Below, piece after piece: positions 53,439-63,657 of a stretch of 64,000 nucleotides of DNA. The notes below the pieces were generated by a model, which saw nothing but the letters and a program-made list of their open reading frames with translations, did not search any database and was not told where the DNA came from. Source of the DNA: Pseudomonadales bacterium (GTDB lineage: Bacteria; Pseudomonadota; Gammaproteobacteria; Pseudomonadales; JAUIET01). Each line of letters opens with the position of its first letter. Within the stretch, counting starts at the first letter, position 1. The position numbers and the translations under genes were made by a program. The stretch is from the NCBI GenBank assembly GCA_037969395.1, contig JBBKXJ010000070.1, forward strand, positions 3,935-67,934, given 5' to 3'.

Positions 53439-54902
53439 ATGCACAAACTAAACCTCGCTCAGCTGAGCAAAGCGCTTGCGGATAAGTCCTTCTCCAGTGT
53501 CGAACTTACCGAGCATTATCTTGCTCGCATTAAAAAACTCGATGCAAACTTCAATAGTTATATCAGTGTCACCGAAACGCAGGCGCTGGCGGCAGCGGCA
53601 CGAGCCGACAAGACCATTGCGGCAGGCGGCTCACAACCGCTGTGCGGTATTCCGCTGGCGCAGAAAGATATTTTTTGTACAGCGGGGGTGCGCACCAGCT
53701 GTGGCTCGCGCATGCTGGACAATTTCATACCGCCTTATAACGCCACCGTAGTAGAAAAATGTAACGATGCCGGGCTGGTAATGTTGGGCAAAACCAATAT
53801 GGATGAGTTCGCAATGGGCTCTTCCAACGAGAACAGCTTTTACGGACCGGTGCGCAACCCATGGGCCGAGGACTGTGTACCGGGCGGATCGTCAGGCGGC
53901 TCTGCTGCGGCAGTGGCGGCACGGCTGGCACCGGCTGCCACCGGCACAGACACGGGCGGCTCTATTCGTCAGCCGGCCGCTCTGTGCGGCCTTACGGGCT
54001 TAAAACCCACCTACGGGCGCGTTTCACGCTACGGTATGATTGCCTTCGCCTCCAGTCTGGATCAGGGCGGCCCAATGACGCGCACAGCAGCAGACGCCGC
54101 CTTATTGCTGCAAGTCATGGCAGGGTTCGACGTCAAAGACTCGACCAGCATAGATGCTCCGGTGCCAGATTACAGCGCCACGCTAAACGACTCGCTGGAC
54201 GGCTTGCGGCTCGGCGTGCCGAAACAGTACTTCGGTGCGGGCTTACACCCTGGCATTGCCCGGAGCGTAGAATACGCCATCAAGGAATATGAAAAACTGG
54301 GCGCTCGCGTTAGCGAAATCAGCCTGCCGCATTCGCATCTGGCGGTACCGGCCTACTACGTCATTGCGCCTGCGGAGTGTTCCACCAACTTGTCGCGCTT
54401 CGACGGCGTGCGCTACGGCCACCGCTGCGAACACCCGAAAGATCTGCACGACATGTACACCCGTACCCGCGGCGAAGGCTTTGGCGACGAGGTCAAACGG
54501 CGGATATTAGTCGGAACCTACGCCTTGTCGGCCGGTTACTATGATGCGTATTACCGCAAGGCACAGCAGATTCGCCGCTTGATAAAACAGGATTTCGTGC
54601 AGGCCTTTGCGGCGGTCGATATGATAATTGGCCCCACCAGCCCCTCGCCTGCATTTAAACTCGGTGAGAAAACCAGTGACCCGGTGACTATGTATCTGGA
54701 AGACATCTATACCATTGCAAGCAACCTCGCTGGCTTGCCGGCCATCTCTGTGCCGACCGGCATGGTGGATGAGAAACCGGTTGGTTTGCAGCTTACTGGC
54801 AACTACATGCAGGAAGGGGCTTTACTGAACGCAGCCCATATGTACCAGCAGGCCACCGATTGGCATCAACACTGCGCGCCGATCAGCGAGGAGCATTCAT
54901 GA
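53439..54902 (+). CDS. gatA: Glu/Asp-tRNA amidotransferase subunit A
   Basis: [18 protein letters not shown] amidase signature. Confidence 0.98.
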   Translation: MHKLNLAQLSKALADKSFSSVELTEHYLARIKKLDANFNSYISVTETQALAAAARADKTIAAGGSQPLCGIPLAQKDIFCTAGVRTSCGSRMLDNFIPPYNATVVEKCNDAGLVMLGKTNMDEFAMGSSNENSFYGPVRNPWAEDCVPGGSSGGSAAAVAARLAPAATGTDTGGSIRQPAALCGLTGLKPTYGRVSRYGMIAFASSLDQGGPMTRTAADAALLLQVMAGFDVKDSTSIDAPVPDYSATLNDSLDGLRLGVPKQYFGAGLHPGIARSVEYAIKEYEKLGARVSEISLPHSHLAVPAYYVIAPAECSTNLSRFDGVRYGHRCEHPKDLHDMYTRTRGEGFGDEVKRRILVGTYALSAGYYDAYYRKAQQIRRLIKQDFVQAFAAVDMIIGPTSPSPAFKLGEKTSDPVTMYLEDIYTIASNLAGLPAISVPTGMVDEKPVGLQLTGNYMQEGALLNAAHMYQQATDWHQHCAPISEEHS

Positions 54903-56344
54903 TGAGTTGGGAAACCGTGATAGGCCTCGAAATCCACGTCCAACTGGCGACCAACTCGAAAATATTTTCCGCAGCGGCAACCAGGTTCGGTGCCGAACCT
55001 AACACTCAGGCTTGTGCAGTTGACCTCGCCATGCCCGGCACCTTGCCGGTATTGAACGAACGCGTAGTGGAAATGGCGGTAAAGTTTGGGCTCGCGATTG
55101 ACGCCGAATTGGGCTTGCGTTCGGTATTCGACCGCAAGAATTACTTTTATCCGGATTCGCCCAAGGGTTATCAAATCAGCCAGATGGACCACCCCATTGT
55201 CGGCGCGGGCGCGGTAGACATCCATTTAGAAGACGGCACAGTTAAAACCGTTGGCGTGACCCGCGCCCACCTTGAGGAAGATGCGGGCAAATCGTTGCAC
55301 GAAGATTTTCACGGCATGTCGGGCATTGATCTAAACCGCGCCGGCACCCCGCTGCTGGAAATTGTTTCCGAACCTGATATACGCAATGCCAAAGAAGCGG
55401 TTGCATATTTAAAATACATTAACTCGCTGGTACGGTACCTGGAAATTTCCGATGGTGATATGTCGCAAGGCTCCATGCGCTGCGACGTTAACCTGTCACT
55501 GCGACCCACTGGACAGAGTGAATACGGCACACGCACCGAGATCAAAAACGTCAATTCGTTTCGGTTTGTTGAAAAAGCGATTGCCACGGAAATAGAGCGG
55601 CAGCGCGACATACTCGAAGACGGCGGCAAGATTACCCAGGAAACCCGCCTCTACGACTCCGACAAAAACGTTACGCGGTCGATGCGCAGCAAAGAGGTCG
55701 CCAACGACTACCGCTATTTTCCCGAACCCGATTTACTGCCGATAATCATCGATCAAGCGTACATCGACGCGATACGCGATCAGCTGCCCGAATTGCCAAA
55801 ACAAAAGCACGCCCGGTTTTGCGCTGACTATGAGCTAAGCCAATACGACGCCACGCTGCTGTCGGCTGATCGTGCAACGGCCGACTATTTCGAAACCGTG
55901 GCGGCCGGTAGTGACGATGCGAAAGCTGCAGCCAACTGGGTGATGGGCGATCTGGCCGCGGCGCTAAACAAAAACGCTGTGGCAATTGAACAAAGCCCGC
56001 TGGCAAGTGAGCAACTGGCAGTACTGATCAAACGCATTAATGATCAAACCATTTCCGGAAAAATTGCCAAAACAGTGTTTGAAGCGGCGTGGAACGGCGA
56101 AGGTAGTGTCGACGAGATTATTGCGGCACGCAGCTTAACGCAAGTGTCAGACGCCGGCGCAATAGAAAAAATGGTTGCTACAGTGATTGCCGAAAATGCT
56201 GGTCAGGTAGAGCAATACCGTAACAGCGACGCCGACAAGCAGAAAAAAATGCTGGGCTTTTTTGTTGGCCAAATAATGAAGGCGTCGAAAGGCAAGGCTA
56301 ATCCCGGCCAGGTAAATAGTTTGCTCAAAGACAAATTAGGTTAG
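54899..56344 (+). CDS. gatB: Glu/Asp-tRNA amidotransferase subunit B
   Basis: [26 protein letters not shown] 54899 overlaps the gatA stop. Confidence 0.98.
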   Translation: MMSWETVIGLEIHVQLATNSKIFSAAATRFGAEPNTQACAVDLAMPGTLPVLNERVVEMAVKFGLAIDAELGLRSVFDRKNYFYPDSPKGYQISQMDHPIVGAGAVDIHLEDGTVKTVGVTRAHLEEDAGKSLHEDFHGMSGIDLNRAGTPLLEIVSEPDIRNAKEAVAYLKYINSLVRYLEISDGDMSQGSMRCDVNLSLRPTGQSEYGTRTEIKNVNSFRFVEKAIATEIERQRDILEDGGKITQETRLYDSDKNVTRSMRSKEVANDYRYFPEPDLLPIIIDQAYIDAIRDQLPELPKQKHARFCADYELSQYDATLLSADRATADYFETVAAGSDDAKAAANWVMGDLAAALNKNAVAIEQSPLASEQLAVLIKRINDQTISGKIAKTVFEAAWNGEGSVDEIIAARSLTQVSDAGAIEKMVATVIAENAGQVEQYRNSDADKQKKMLGFFVGQIMKASKGKANPGQVNSLLKDKLG

Positions 56345-56346
56345 CC

Positions 56347-56410
56347 GTAGGGTGGGCCGACACAATCTCGGAGCGACCAGGACAGACCGCGTGCGCACAG
56401 CGCATCCTGC
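56347..56410. repeat. Second degenerate REP-like pair after gatB
   Basis: GTAGGGTGGG at 56347. 56391-56410 (GTGCGCACAGCGCATCCTGC) matches 45878-45897 at 18 of 20 positions. Confidence 0.55.
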
Positions 56411-56438
56411 GCGGTAGTTAATTTTAAGTGAGACGGAT

Positions 56439-56738
56439 ATGTTGAAGAAAGACAAAGCGAAAGTACTTGACGAAGTGTGGACCGAAGACCGGGTGCGTAG
56501 TTTTCTCGATCTACAGCCCGTCGAAGGGGTAGACCCTGACTTTCATATGTTATTGAAAGCCTATCAAAGCATGCGCGCCAGTGACTTCGAGCTGTTTATC
56601 GGCTTCTTTCAGGACGCCAAACGCGATATCAATGCGAAAAACCCTGGTGGTCAGTCATTGCTGGATATTGCCAGCCAACACCGTAACAGCAGCGATTTCG
56701 TTAGCGTATTGACAGACGCGGGCGCATCAAAAAGCTGA
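56439..56738 (+). CDS. Conserved small protein, PA4642-like family
   Basis: KKDKAKVLDE.W..RV..FL, DFH.LLKAYQSMR, ankyrin-like DINAKNPGG tail; family recognised from memory. Confidence 0.75.
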   Translation: MLKKDKAKVLDEVWTEDRVRSFLDLQPVEGVDPDFHMLLKAYQSMRASDFELFIGFFQDAKRDINAKNPGGQSLLDIASQHRNSSDFVSVLTDAGASKS

Positions 56739-56748
56739 AAACGCGCTG

Positions 56749-57516
56749 ATGTCGGGTAATTTTCTGCAAGGCGCAGACTATCTGCTGCGCGGTTTCAGGA
56801 TGCTGGGCAAGCCCGGCATTCGCCGTTTTGTATGGATTCCGCTGACGATCAATATCGCCCTGTTCGCAGCGCTGATGACTTATTCAGTGAATAAATTTTC
56901 AGGCTGGGTAACTTATCTGCTGGGGCTTATACCTTCCTGGCTAGAGTTCCTGCAGTGGCTGCTGTGGCCGGTGTTTATTCTGCTGTTGATCATTATCGTA
57001 GTGTTCACCTTCACCATTGTTGCCAATTTAATTGCCTCCCCCTTCAATGGGTTGCTGGCGGAGAAAGTTGAAGAGAGTGTGACGCAGCGGCGGCCGCCTA
57101 GTGCCAACGAAAGCGTGTGGGGAACCGTTGCCAGCGTGCCCAGGTCGTTGGCGCGTGAGCTGTCGAAGCTGCTGTATATTTTGCCGGTGGCGCTGCTGAT
57201 CTGGATTCTAACGCTAATTCCCACCATTAATATTGTCAGCCCCGTGTTATGGCTATGCTGGGGCGCGTGGATGATGGCGATTCAATACGGCGACTATCCT
57301 GCCGACAATAACCGCATCCGGTTCAAAAGCTTCCGGCGGATTCTTGCCGGCCAGCGACTGCTTAGTCTCGGTTTCGGGGCGGCGGTATTGGGGGCTACTA
57401 TGATTCCAGGCGTCAACCTGTTCGTAATCCCGTCAGCAATTTGTGGTGCCACACTGCTGTGGTGCGAGCGCCTGCGACCCGTCAGATCGTCGCAGGATGG
57501 CCAAAGGCTAACGTAA
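56749..57516 (+). CDS. cysZ: CysZ (EI24 family) membrane protein
   Basis: PLTINI, IASPFNGLLAEKVE, QYGDYPADN. Confidence 0.92.
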   Translation: MSGNFLQGADYLLRGFRMLGKPGIRRFVWIPLTINIALFAALMTYSVNKFSGWVTYLLGLIPSWLEFLQWLLWPVFILLLIIIVVFTFTIVANLIASPFNGLLAEKVEESVTQRRPPSANESVWGTVASVPRSLARELSKLLYILPVALLIWILTLIPTINIVSPVLWLCWGAWMMAIQYGDYPADNNRIRFKSFRRILAGQRLLSLGFGAAVLGATMIPGVNLFVIPSAICGATLLWCERLRPVRSSQDGQRLT

Positions 57517-57552
57517 TCTACCAACTCACTGAAGAATCCGCTGAATTACACC

Positions 57553-59016
57553 CTACAGAAGTTCGGCTGGCGGCTGTTCGCAATCGAGCGTGCGCCCTAA
57601 CAGCCTTTCAATCTCGGGCAGCATAAAAGAGTCAGTTTCACAGGCCAGGCTGATCGAAGTGCCCTTCGCTCCCGCCCGGCCGGTGCGGCCAATGCGATGC
57701 ACATAGTCTTCGGGGTCTTCCGGCAGATTATAGTTAATCACATGGCTGATACCTTCCACATGAATACCGCGGCCGGCAACGTCGGTAGCCACCAGAACCT
57801 TCAATTCGCCAGACTTAAACCGCTCCAGTGTGCGAGTGCGTTTTCCCTGCGGTACTTCACCCGACAAAATTCCACACTCTATCTTCGATTTTTGCAAACG
57901 TTCATGCAGCCTTCTCACCTGGTCGCGGCGGTTGGCGAACACCAGCGCGCTGGTCACGTCTTCAGTCCGCAGAATGTTACGTAACACGGAGAACTTCTCT
58001 CGTTCACTCACAAGATAAACGCGCTGCGTAACTGCGTCAGCGGCCACGTTTTCCGGCTCGATCTCAATCTTGATCGGATTGTCGGTCCAGCGGTCAGCCA
58101 GGTTGAGAATATCGGGGTCAAAGGTAGCGCTGAACAACAACGTTTGACGATGAGATTTATGCGGGGTTTTGCTGATAATGCGCCGCACCTGCGGAATAAA
58201 GCCCATATCCAGCATACGGTCAGCTTCGTCGATGACCAAAATTTCGATCATGTCCAACCGCACCTCGCCCCGGTCGATAAAATCGATAAGCCGGCCGGGC
58301 GTGACCACGAGAATGTCGACTACCTCCCGACGCAGGCTATTAATTTGCTTGTCCATATCCGCACCGCCGATCAATACGGTGGTCTTTAAATCGAGATGAC
58401 GGCACAGCGCGTGCGAATCGCTGCCTATTTGCACCGCCAACTCACGCGTCGGTGCCAGCACCAGCGCCCGCGGCTCGCCGACGTAGCGTTCCTCATCCAG
58501 CGGATGATTAACCAGTTGATTGATCAGCGTGACCAGAAACGCTGCTGTTTTGCCGGTACCGGTTTGCGCCTTACCAATGGCATCACGTGCGGCCAGCGTA
58601 TGCGGCAGGATTTGCGCTTGAATGGGTGAACAGTAGTGAAAGCCCAGATCAGCAATACCTTGCATAAGCTGCAGCGGCAAATCAAAGTCGTGAAACCGCA
58701 CTTTACCCGCTTCGGGCGGCACCTCAAACTGATCAATAGACCAGGCAGGTTTAGCCGGCTCGTTCTCATGCACAGATTTTTTGCGCTCGGTTTTTTTACG
58801 CCCGGATTGTTCGCGCCCAGATTGTTCGCGCCCAGATTGTTCGCGCTCGGCTTTATCGCGCTCGGCTTTATCGCGCTTGGCTTTTTCGCGCTCGGCCGTG
58901 TTGCGCTCTCTTTTCTTAGCCGGCTTGGCTGGCGCTGCCGACTGCTTTTGGGTCGGTTCGGCAGCTGCTTGTGGTCCGTCTAATAATCGACTGCGGAGTT
59001 TGGAAAGTAACTTCAT
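57553..59016 (-). CDS. rhlB: DEAD-box RNA helicase RhlB (Pseudomonas-type, long N-terminus)
   Basis: [31 protein letters not shown]; N-terminal charged extension. Confidence 0.9.
   Translation of the reverse strand: MKLLSKLRSRLLDGPQAAAEPTQKQSAAPAKPAKKRERNTAEREKAKRDKAERDKAEREQSGREQSGREQSGRKKTERKKSVHENEPAKPAWSIDQFEVPPEAGKVRFHDFDLPLQLMQGIADLGFHYCSPIQAQILPHTLAARDAIGKAQTGTGKTAAFLVTLINQLVNHPLDEERYVGEPRALVLAPTRELAVQIGSDSHALCRHLDLKTTVLIGGADMDKQINSLRREVVDILVVTPGRLIDFIDRGEVRLDMIEILVIDEADRMLDMGFIPQVRRIISKTPHKSHRQTLLFSATFDPDILNLADRWTDNPIKIEIEPENVAADAVTQRVYLVSEREKFSVLRNILRTEDVTSALVFANRRDQVRRLHERLQKSKIECGILSGEVPQGKRTRTLERFKSGELKVLVATDVAGRGIHVEGISHVINYNLPEDPEDYVHRIGRTGRAGAKGTSISLACETDSFMLPEIERLLGRTLDCEQPPAELL
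58783..58902. repeat. Eight degenerate 15-bp tandem units in the rhlB 5' region
   Basis: Includes gcgcccagattgttc x2 and gcgctcggctttatc x2 plus variants, encoding [40 protein letters not shown]. Confidence 0.9.
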
Positions 59017-59055
59017 TGGTATTGACTAGGATTGGCGCGCGTTGGTGCGTGGCGC

Positions 59056-59084
59056 ATTATGCCGATCTATCCCGCTAAAACCAA
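59056..59084 (-). promoter_or_regulatory. Putative rhlB promoter
   Basis: TTGGTT-N17-CATAAT with GC-rich discriminator. Confidence 0.5.
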
Positions 59085-59088
59085 GGGT

Positions 59089-59260
59089 TTAGCGCGCCAT
59101 CAGCGTGGTAGATGCCGCATCGCCGTACAGTCGCGGCAGGATAAATGCGCGAGCGAGCCAATAATCGAGACTAACGTAGCGGCCACCGCCGATTATATTT
59201 GGCGGTAAATTTATGCATTGCATTATCCTTATTGTTGGTGGCAACTCGATGGCAGCGAAT
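59089..59260 (-). pseudogene. Possible remnant of a DoxX-family gene 3' end
   Basis: GGGRYVSLDYWLARAF resembles the DoxX C-terminal motif; the upstream part is not DoxX-like in frame. Confidence 0.4.
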
Positions 59261-59630
59261 AGCAGACCGCTAAGCGTGACGCGTACAGGTTGTGATATGT
59301 AACTGGAAAAGCACAGCAAAGTTGCCCGCGATCTTAAGCGCCTTCCTGACAGTTACGTATTAATACCTAATTGCTATTGTTTTTATTATTTATATCAATA
59401 CGATATAGCCTGACGCCAGGCAGGTGTCAAAATATTGCCAAGCCAGATCTGATGAAACTGAGAATATAGACGGTAACGTTCGACCGCTTTTTAAAACATG
59501 TAGTGACTGCCTGCGCCCCCGCGGCAACCAACCAATTCGTTAGGCCTGAGCATAAGTGGTGCCGGGTATTCATCGCCGCTGTTGAGCGCGGCGCACAGCC
59601 GGCCAATTTGTCGCAAAATGCAGGATCAGC

Positions 59631-62063
59631 ATGCCCGAAAGCAAACTAACAGCAACACGATCTGTGCTGCTGCTGGAGAATAGCCTGGTTGCCGCTACGC
59701 AGTTGCGCGAGCTGCTGTCCGCGTTGCCCGGCTGGCACCTTGACACCACGGTGCATCTGTCCGACGCGGGAATTTTTCCAACGTCGAGCGATCTGCACGA
59801 CCTGGTGCTGGTGGCGGATGACTACGCCCACCTGAATTTAAGCCAAATCATTGAAGTGGCTAAGTGTTATCAGCCGCACGCGCACATCGTGGTGCTCGGA
59901 ACAACATTGGCAGACGCACGATCGCCGCAGCAGTTTGTTGCGGCAGGGCGAGCCGGCGTCAACTACTGGTTGCAAAAAGATAATATCTCTCTCGTGACGC
60001 TAAACAGCATGCTACAGCAGCTGTTCAACGACGGCGATCAACCGGCCCGTTTAGTAAATCCAGCAACAGAAGCAAAGCCAGCGCCAGCGTCGCCGGCCGC
60101 CGGCGTTAACCTTGCGACCGAACACAATGCTGGATTAGCCACGCAGGCTGACTCTATCCTCGCTGAAATCCCGGTGGGTATTATTATCTTTGGCGTCGCG
60201 GATGATGACTTTATCTACCGGCGCATCAATCGTGCGGCGGCTGAATCCACCCAACTCAAAGCGCAGCAACTGATCGGCCAGCGGCTGAGAAACGACGCCG
60301 TAAATTTCGAGAATTTTAACCTGCGGGATGCACTGCGCCAGATGCGTACTAACCCCACAGCACAAACTCATCGAGTCATGCGTCTTGCTGACGATGCCAC
60401 CGCCAGCTGGCGCGAAATAGTTATTCAACAGCTTCAGGGCGGGGATTTGCTGGTTGCAATACATGACATAAGCGAACGCGTACAGCTGGCTGCCAAGCGG
60501 CGCTATGACGAAAAAATCTGGTGGCATATTGCAAAATCACTACCCGATCTGTGCGCCGTGGTGGACGAAAGCGGCGCGGTGAACCAGGTCATAGCAGGAG
60601 ACTGGCAGCAGTTAAATATCGATAGCAACACGCTTCCCGGCCAGCCAATCACAGCAATGCTAGCGCCGGATGAACGCGAACAATGCAACGCTGGTATTCG
60701 CAAAGCATTGAATACCGGTAAAACACAAACTGCGGTTTATACACTCGATATACCGGAAAACCAGATTCGCCTACATGTCAAAATCGCGCTACTGCGTGCC
60801 GAAGTGAACGCGCCTCGACAGGTGCTCTGGCTGGCGCGCGATATCAATGGCAATGGTAATCATACTGCGGCGCTTACAGCAGCCGGTATACACAGCAGCA
60901 CGCCGGATTTACTCAATGAAATGCTGCAGCGCGCCCCGTTTATGGCCGCCATCAGCAATGCCGACGGTCGCTATGAGCAAGTAAATACCGCCTGCACACA
61001 GCGTTTACAGCAAGCTGCGGAAGCTGTCATCGGCAAAACCGATGGCGAACTATTCGCGGCAGAAATCGCGCAGCAGTTGCAGCATCTCGACCAAAAATTA
61101 CTGACCGAGGGCATCGCGCAGCAGAGTGATATCGCATTGCCCAACGATTGCGAAATGCAGCCATTTCGCGTTATTAAAATTCCACTTAATGGAACAAATC
61201 TGGCAACGCAAAGTATTGTTACGCTCGCCCTGCCCCTTGCCACCGGCGCAGACAAAACGAAGCCAATGGCAGGCGATCCATCCCGGCGGCAGGCCGCTGC
61301 GCAGCCCGAGTCGATTGACGATTTGGTCGGCGATATAGCGCGCGACTTTAACGACGTGTTAGTCAACCTGACCGAGCACACGCGCCTGGCGTTGGATAAC
61401 TCAACTGGCGAGCCAGGCAGCGAGATTACCAGCTATCTGAGTGCTGTGATGAATTCCAGCCAACGCGCGCGCGAGCTGGTCACGCAGATGATGGCGTATC
61501 AAACTACCGATGCCAGCAGCGCTGCAACCCGCGCCGCCGATCTAACGCTGTTTGTGAGCGGGATTGTCGAGTTGCTGCGCAATACCATTGGCCAGCACCT
61601 GCAGATCACCAGTGATTTGCAGCCCAACCTGCAGGTGCAGGAAATCGATTCGCTGCGCTTGCAAAATGCCTTTATTCAGCTGTTCAGAGTGGCGCAACAA
61701 AGCTTTGACGCCAGCGGGCATCTGTCGGTGTGTCTGCGCTCGGTGACGCAACAAGACCACGAATGCGCTTACTGCTATGCCCACGTGAGGGGCGATTTTG
61801 TTGTGGTGAGCTTGCATAGCAGCGCGCGCAGCAACGCCGACGTGATAGAAAACCAATCGCTTAGCGCTGAGCTACCGCAAGACGAGGCGCTGCTGTCTCA
61901 GATCAAGCGAGTTCACGAACTGCTGCAACCCTACAGCGGCCACATCTTACTGCGCGGCGCGGCGGGGGAAGAGCAAAGTTGGTACGTTTTTCTCGCCACA
62001 GACCCCGCCAGCGAGTACTCGCTAAAAATAGTTCCTCAGCCGGGTGCCATAACGAGCGATTGA
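59631..62063 (+). CDS. REC-like / multi-PAS / degenerate HisKA-HATPase signalling protein
   Basis: REC-like N-terminus (VLLLENS, DLVLVA, AGVNYWLQK), PAS-like segments (YRRINRAA; DGRYEQVN...VIGKTDGELF), H-box-like LVGDIARDFNDVL. Confidence 0.75.
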   Translation: MPESKLTATRSVLLLENSLVAATQLRELLSALPGWHLDTTVHLSDAGIFPTSSDLHDLVLVADDYAHLNLSQIIEVAKCYQPHAHIVVLGTTLADARSPQQFVAAGRAGVNYWLQKDNISLVTLNSMLQQLFNDGDQPARLVNPATEAKPAPASPAAGVNLATEHNAGLATQADSILAEIPVGIIIFGVADDDFIYRRINRAAAESTQLKAQQLIGQRLRNDAVNFENFNLRDALRQMRTNPTAQTHRVMRLADDATASWREIVIQQLQGGDLLVAIHDISERVQLAAKRRYDEKIWWHIAKSLPDLCAVVDESGAVNQVIAGDWQQLNIDSNTLPGQPITAMLAPDEREQCNAGIRKALNTGKTQTAVYTLDIPENQIRLHVKIALLRAEVNAPRQVLWLARDINGNGNHTAALTAAGIHSSTPDLLNEMLQRAPFMAAISNADGRYEQVNTACTQRLQQAAEAVIGKTDGELFAAEIAQQLQHLDQKLLTEGIAQQSDIALPNDCEMQPFRVIKIPLNGTNLATQSIVTLALPLATGADKTKPMAGDPSRRQAAAQPESIDDLVGDIARDFNDVLVNLTEHTRLALDNSTGEPGSEITSYLSAVMNSSQRARELVTQMMAYQTTDASSAATRAADLTLFVSGIVELLRNTIGQHLQITSDLQPNLQVQEIDSLRLQNAFIQLFRVAQQSFDASGHLSVCLRSVTQQDHECAYCYAHVRGDFVVVSLHSSARSNADVIENQSLSAELPQDEALLSQIKRVHELLQPYSGHILLRGAAGEEQSWYVFLATDPASEYSLKIVPQPGAITSD

Positions 62064-62070
62064 CGCTGCG

Positions 62071-62817
62071 CTAGCGCGAACCGCAGCACGGGCACGCAGG
62101 ATCTTTGCGTAAACGTAGCTTCTGCCACTGCATTTGTATGGCGTCAAACGTTAGCAAATAGCCGTTAAGGCTGACACCGAAACCGACAATGATTTTCAAC
62201 GCCTCCAACGCCTGCATAGCACCCACAATACCTACCAGCGGTGCGATTACGCCGCTTTGCGCACAGCTTAAATTATCGTCGTTTACGTCGTCATGGTATA
62301 AACAGCGATAACAGGGACTGTCTGGCGTCACATTAAACACCGCCAGTTGCGCTTCGCCGCGAATAGCTGCCGCAGATACCAACGGCTTCTGCAACGTTAC
62401 GCAGGCCTGGTTGAGCGCGAAGCGAATCGAAAAATTATCGTTGCCGTCTACCACCAGGTCGGCAGCCTGCACTAATGGCATGCAGTTACGCGCATCGAGC
62501 TTTTCAACCCGTGCGTGTACCACCACGTCGGGGTTTAACGCCCGCACCGACTCGGCCACCGACTCGACTTTGGACTTGCCTATGTCGGCCGTCGTATGGG
62601 CGATCTGGCGCTGTAGATTACTCAGTTCCACTGCATCGAGATCGACCAGCGTCAGCGTGCCGACGCCGGCGGCTGCCAGGTATAGAGCCGCCGGGCAGCC
62701 CAGACCGCCGAGGCCAACAATTAGCACGTGCGCGTCGAGCAGTGCCTGCTGGCCGGCCACATCGATCTCGGGTAGCATAATATGGCGACTGTAGCGCAGC
62801 AGTTGTTCGTCGTTCAT
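62071..62817 (-). CDS. moeB: MoeB/ThiF-family adenylyltransferase
   Basis: RYSRHI, GLGGLG, SNLQRQ, CYRC and CPCC zinc motifs; follows prmC. Confidence 0.92.
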   Translation of the reverse strand: MNDEQLLRYSRHIMLPEIDVAGQQALLDAHVLIVGLGGLGCPAALYLAAAGVGTLTLVDLDAVELSNLQRQIAHTTADIGKSKVESVAESVRALNPDVVVHARVEKLDARNCMPLVQAADLVVDGNDNFSIRFALNQACVTLQKPLVSAAAIRGEAQLAVFNVTPDSPCYRCLYHDDVNDDNLSCAQSGVIAPLVGIVGAMQALEALKIIVGFGVSLNGYLLTFDAIQMQWQKLRLRKDPACPCCGSR

Positions 62818-63653
62818 GGCGATTTCCCGTTCGTTCCCAGTGTGACTCGCGCATGCCCGGCTAAATCCTGCACTGACTCCACGCCGGTAAAGCTGTGCTG
62901 CTTGAGCAATTGCTGCACCGCCTCGGCCTGATCGAAGCCGTGCTCTAGCAGCAAACTGCCCTGCTCAGTGAGATAAGCGCCGGCGTTCGCAACAATATGA
63001 CGAATAGCGTCCTGCCCATCAGCGCCAGCCGTTAACGCCGTTCGCGGTTCAAAGCGAAGGTCGCCTTGCGCGAGATGCACGTCATGCTCGGCAATATAGG
63101 GCGGATTGCTAATGATCAGATCGAAACGCTCGCCGCTCAAAGCGGTAAACCAGTCACTGTGTAACAGAGTGACGTTGGTCAAACTCAACTGGCGCTGGTT
63201 TTGTTTGGCGATTTGTAGTGCGCTAGCCGAGTTGTCGGTGGCGGTAAACTGCCAGTCGGGCCGCTCGTGTGCCAGCGCCAGGGCGATTGCACCCGAGCCG
63301 GTGCCTAAATCCAGCACTCTTGCGCACGGCGGCAGGTCAAGCGCCAGCGCCGTTTCAATCAGCGTTTCGGTGTCTGGCCGCGGGATCAGTACGGCCGGAC
63401 TGATCGCCAGCTCCAGCGACCAAAACATTTGCTTGCGGAGGATATAGGCAATCGGTTCGCCGCAGGCTCTGCGCGCTAGCAGCGCATGAAAGTGGTCGCT
63501 AATGGTGTTGTGAAGGTCTGCTTGCGGCCAGGTATAGAGAAAACTGCGCGGTTTTTGCAAGCAGTGGCACAGCAACAATTCGACGTCTAGCCGCGCACTG
63601 TCACTGCCGGTCAGGCGTGCTTCACCCGCAGCAAGGGCAGAGGAAATATCCAG
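62814..63653 (-). CDS. prmC: Release factor glutamine methyltransferase
   Basis: LIPRPDTE, DLGTGSG, SNPPY. Conserved N-terminal SARLDVELLL lies upstream of the first TTG, so the start is placed at CTG 63653. Confidence 0.93.
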   Translation of the reverse strand: MDISSALAAGEARLTGSDSARLDVELLLCHCLQKPRSFLYTWPQADLHNTISDHFHALLARRACGEPIAYILRKQMFWSLELAISPAVLIPRPDTETLIETALALDLPPCARVLDLGTGSGAIALALAHERPDWQFTATDNSASALQIAKQNQRQLSLTNVTLLHSDWFTALSGERFDLIISNPPYIAEHDVHLAQGDLRFEPRTALTAGADGQDAIRHIVANAGAYLTEQGSLLLEHGFDQAEAVQQLLKQHSFTGVESVQDLAGHARVTLGTNGKSP

Positions 63654-63657
63654 CCGC

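Noticed and set aside
58783-58902. Tandem repeats as a possible CRISPR array
   Set aside because: The units are 15 bp, contiguous, spacer-free and in frame within rhlB, and there are no cas genes.
59032-59049. Possible sigma-54 promoter TTGGCGCG...TGC
   Set aside because: GG-to-GC spacing is 11 nt rather than the required 10.
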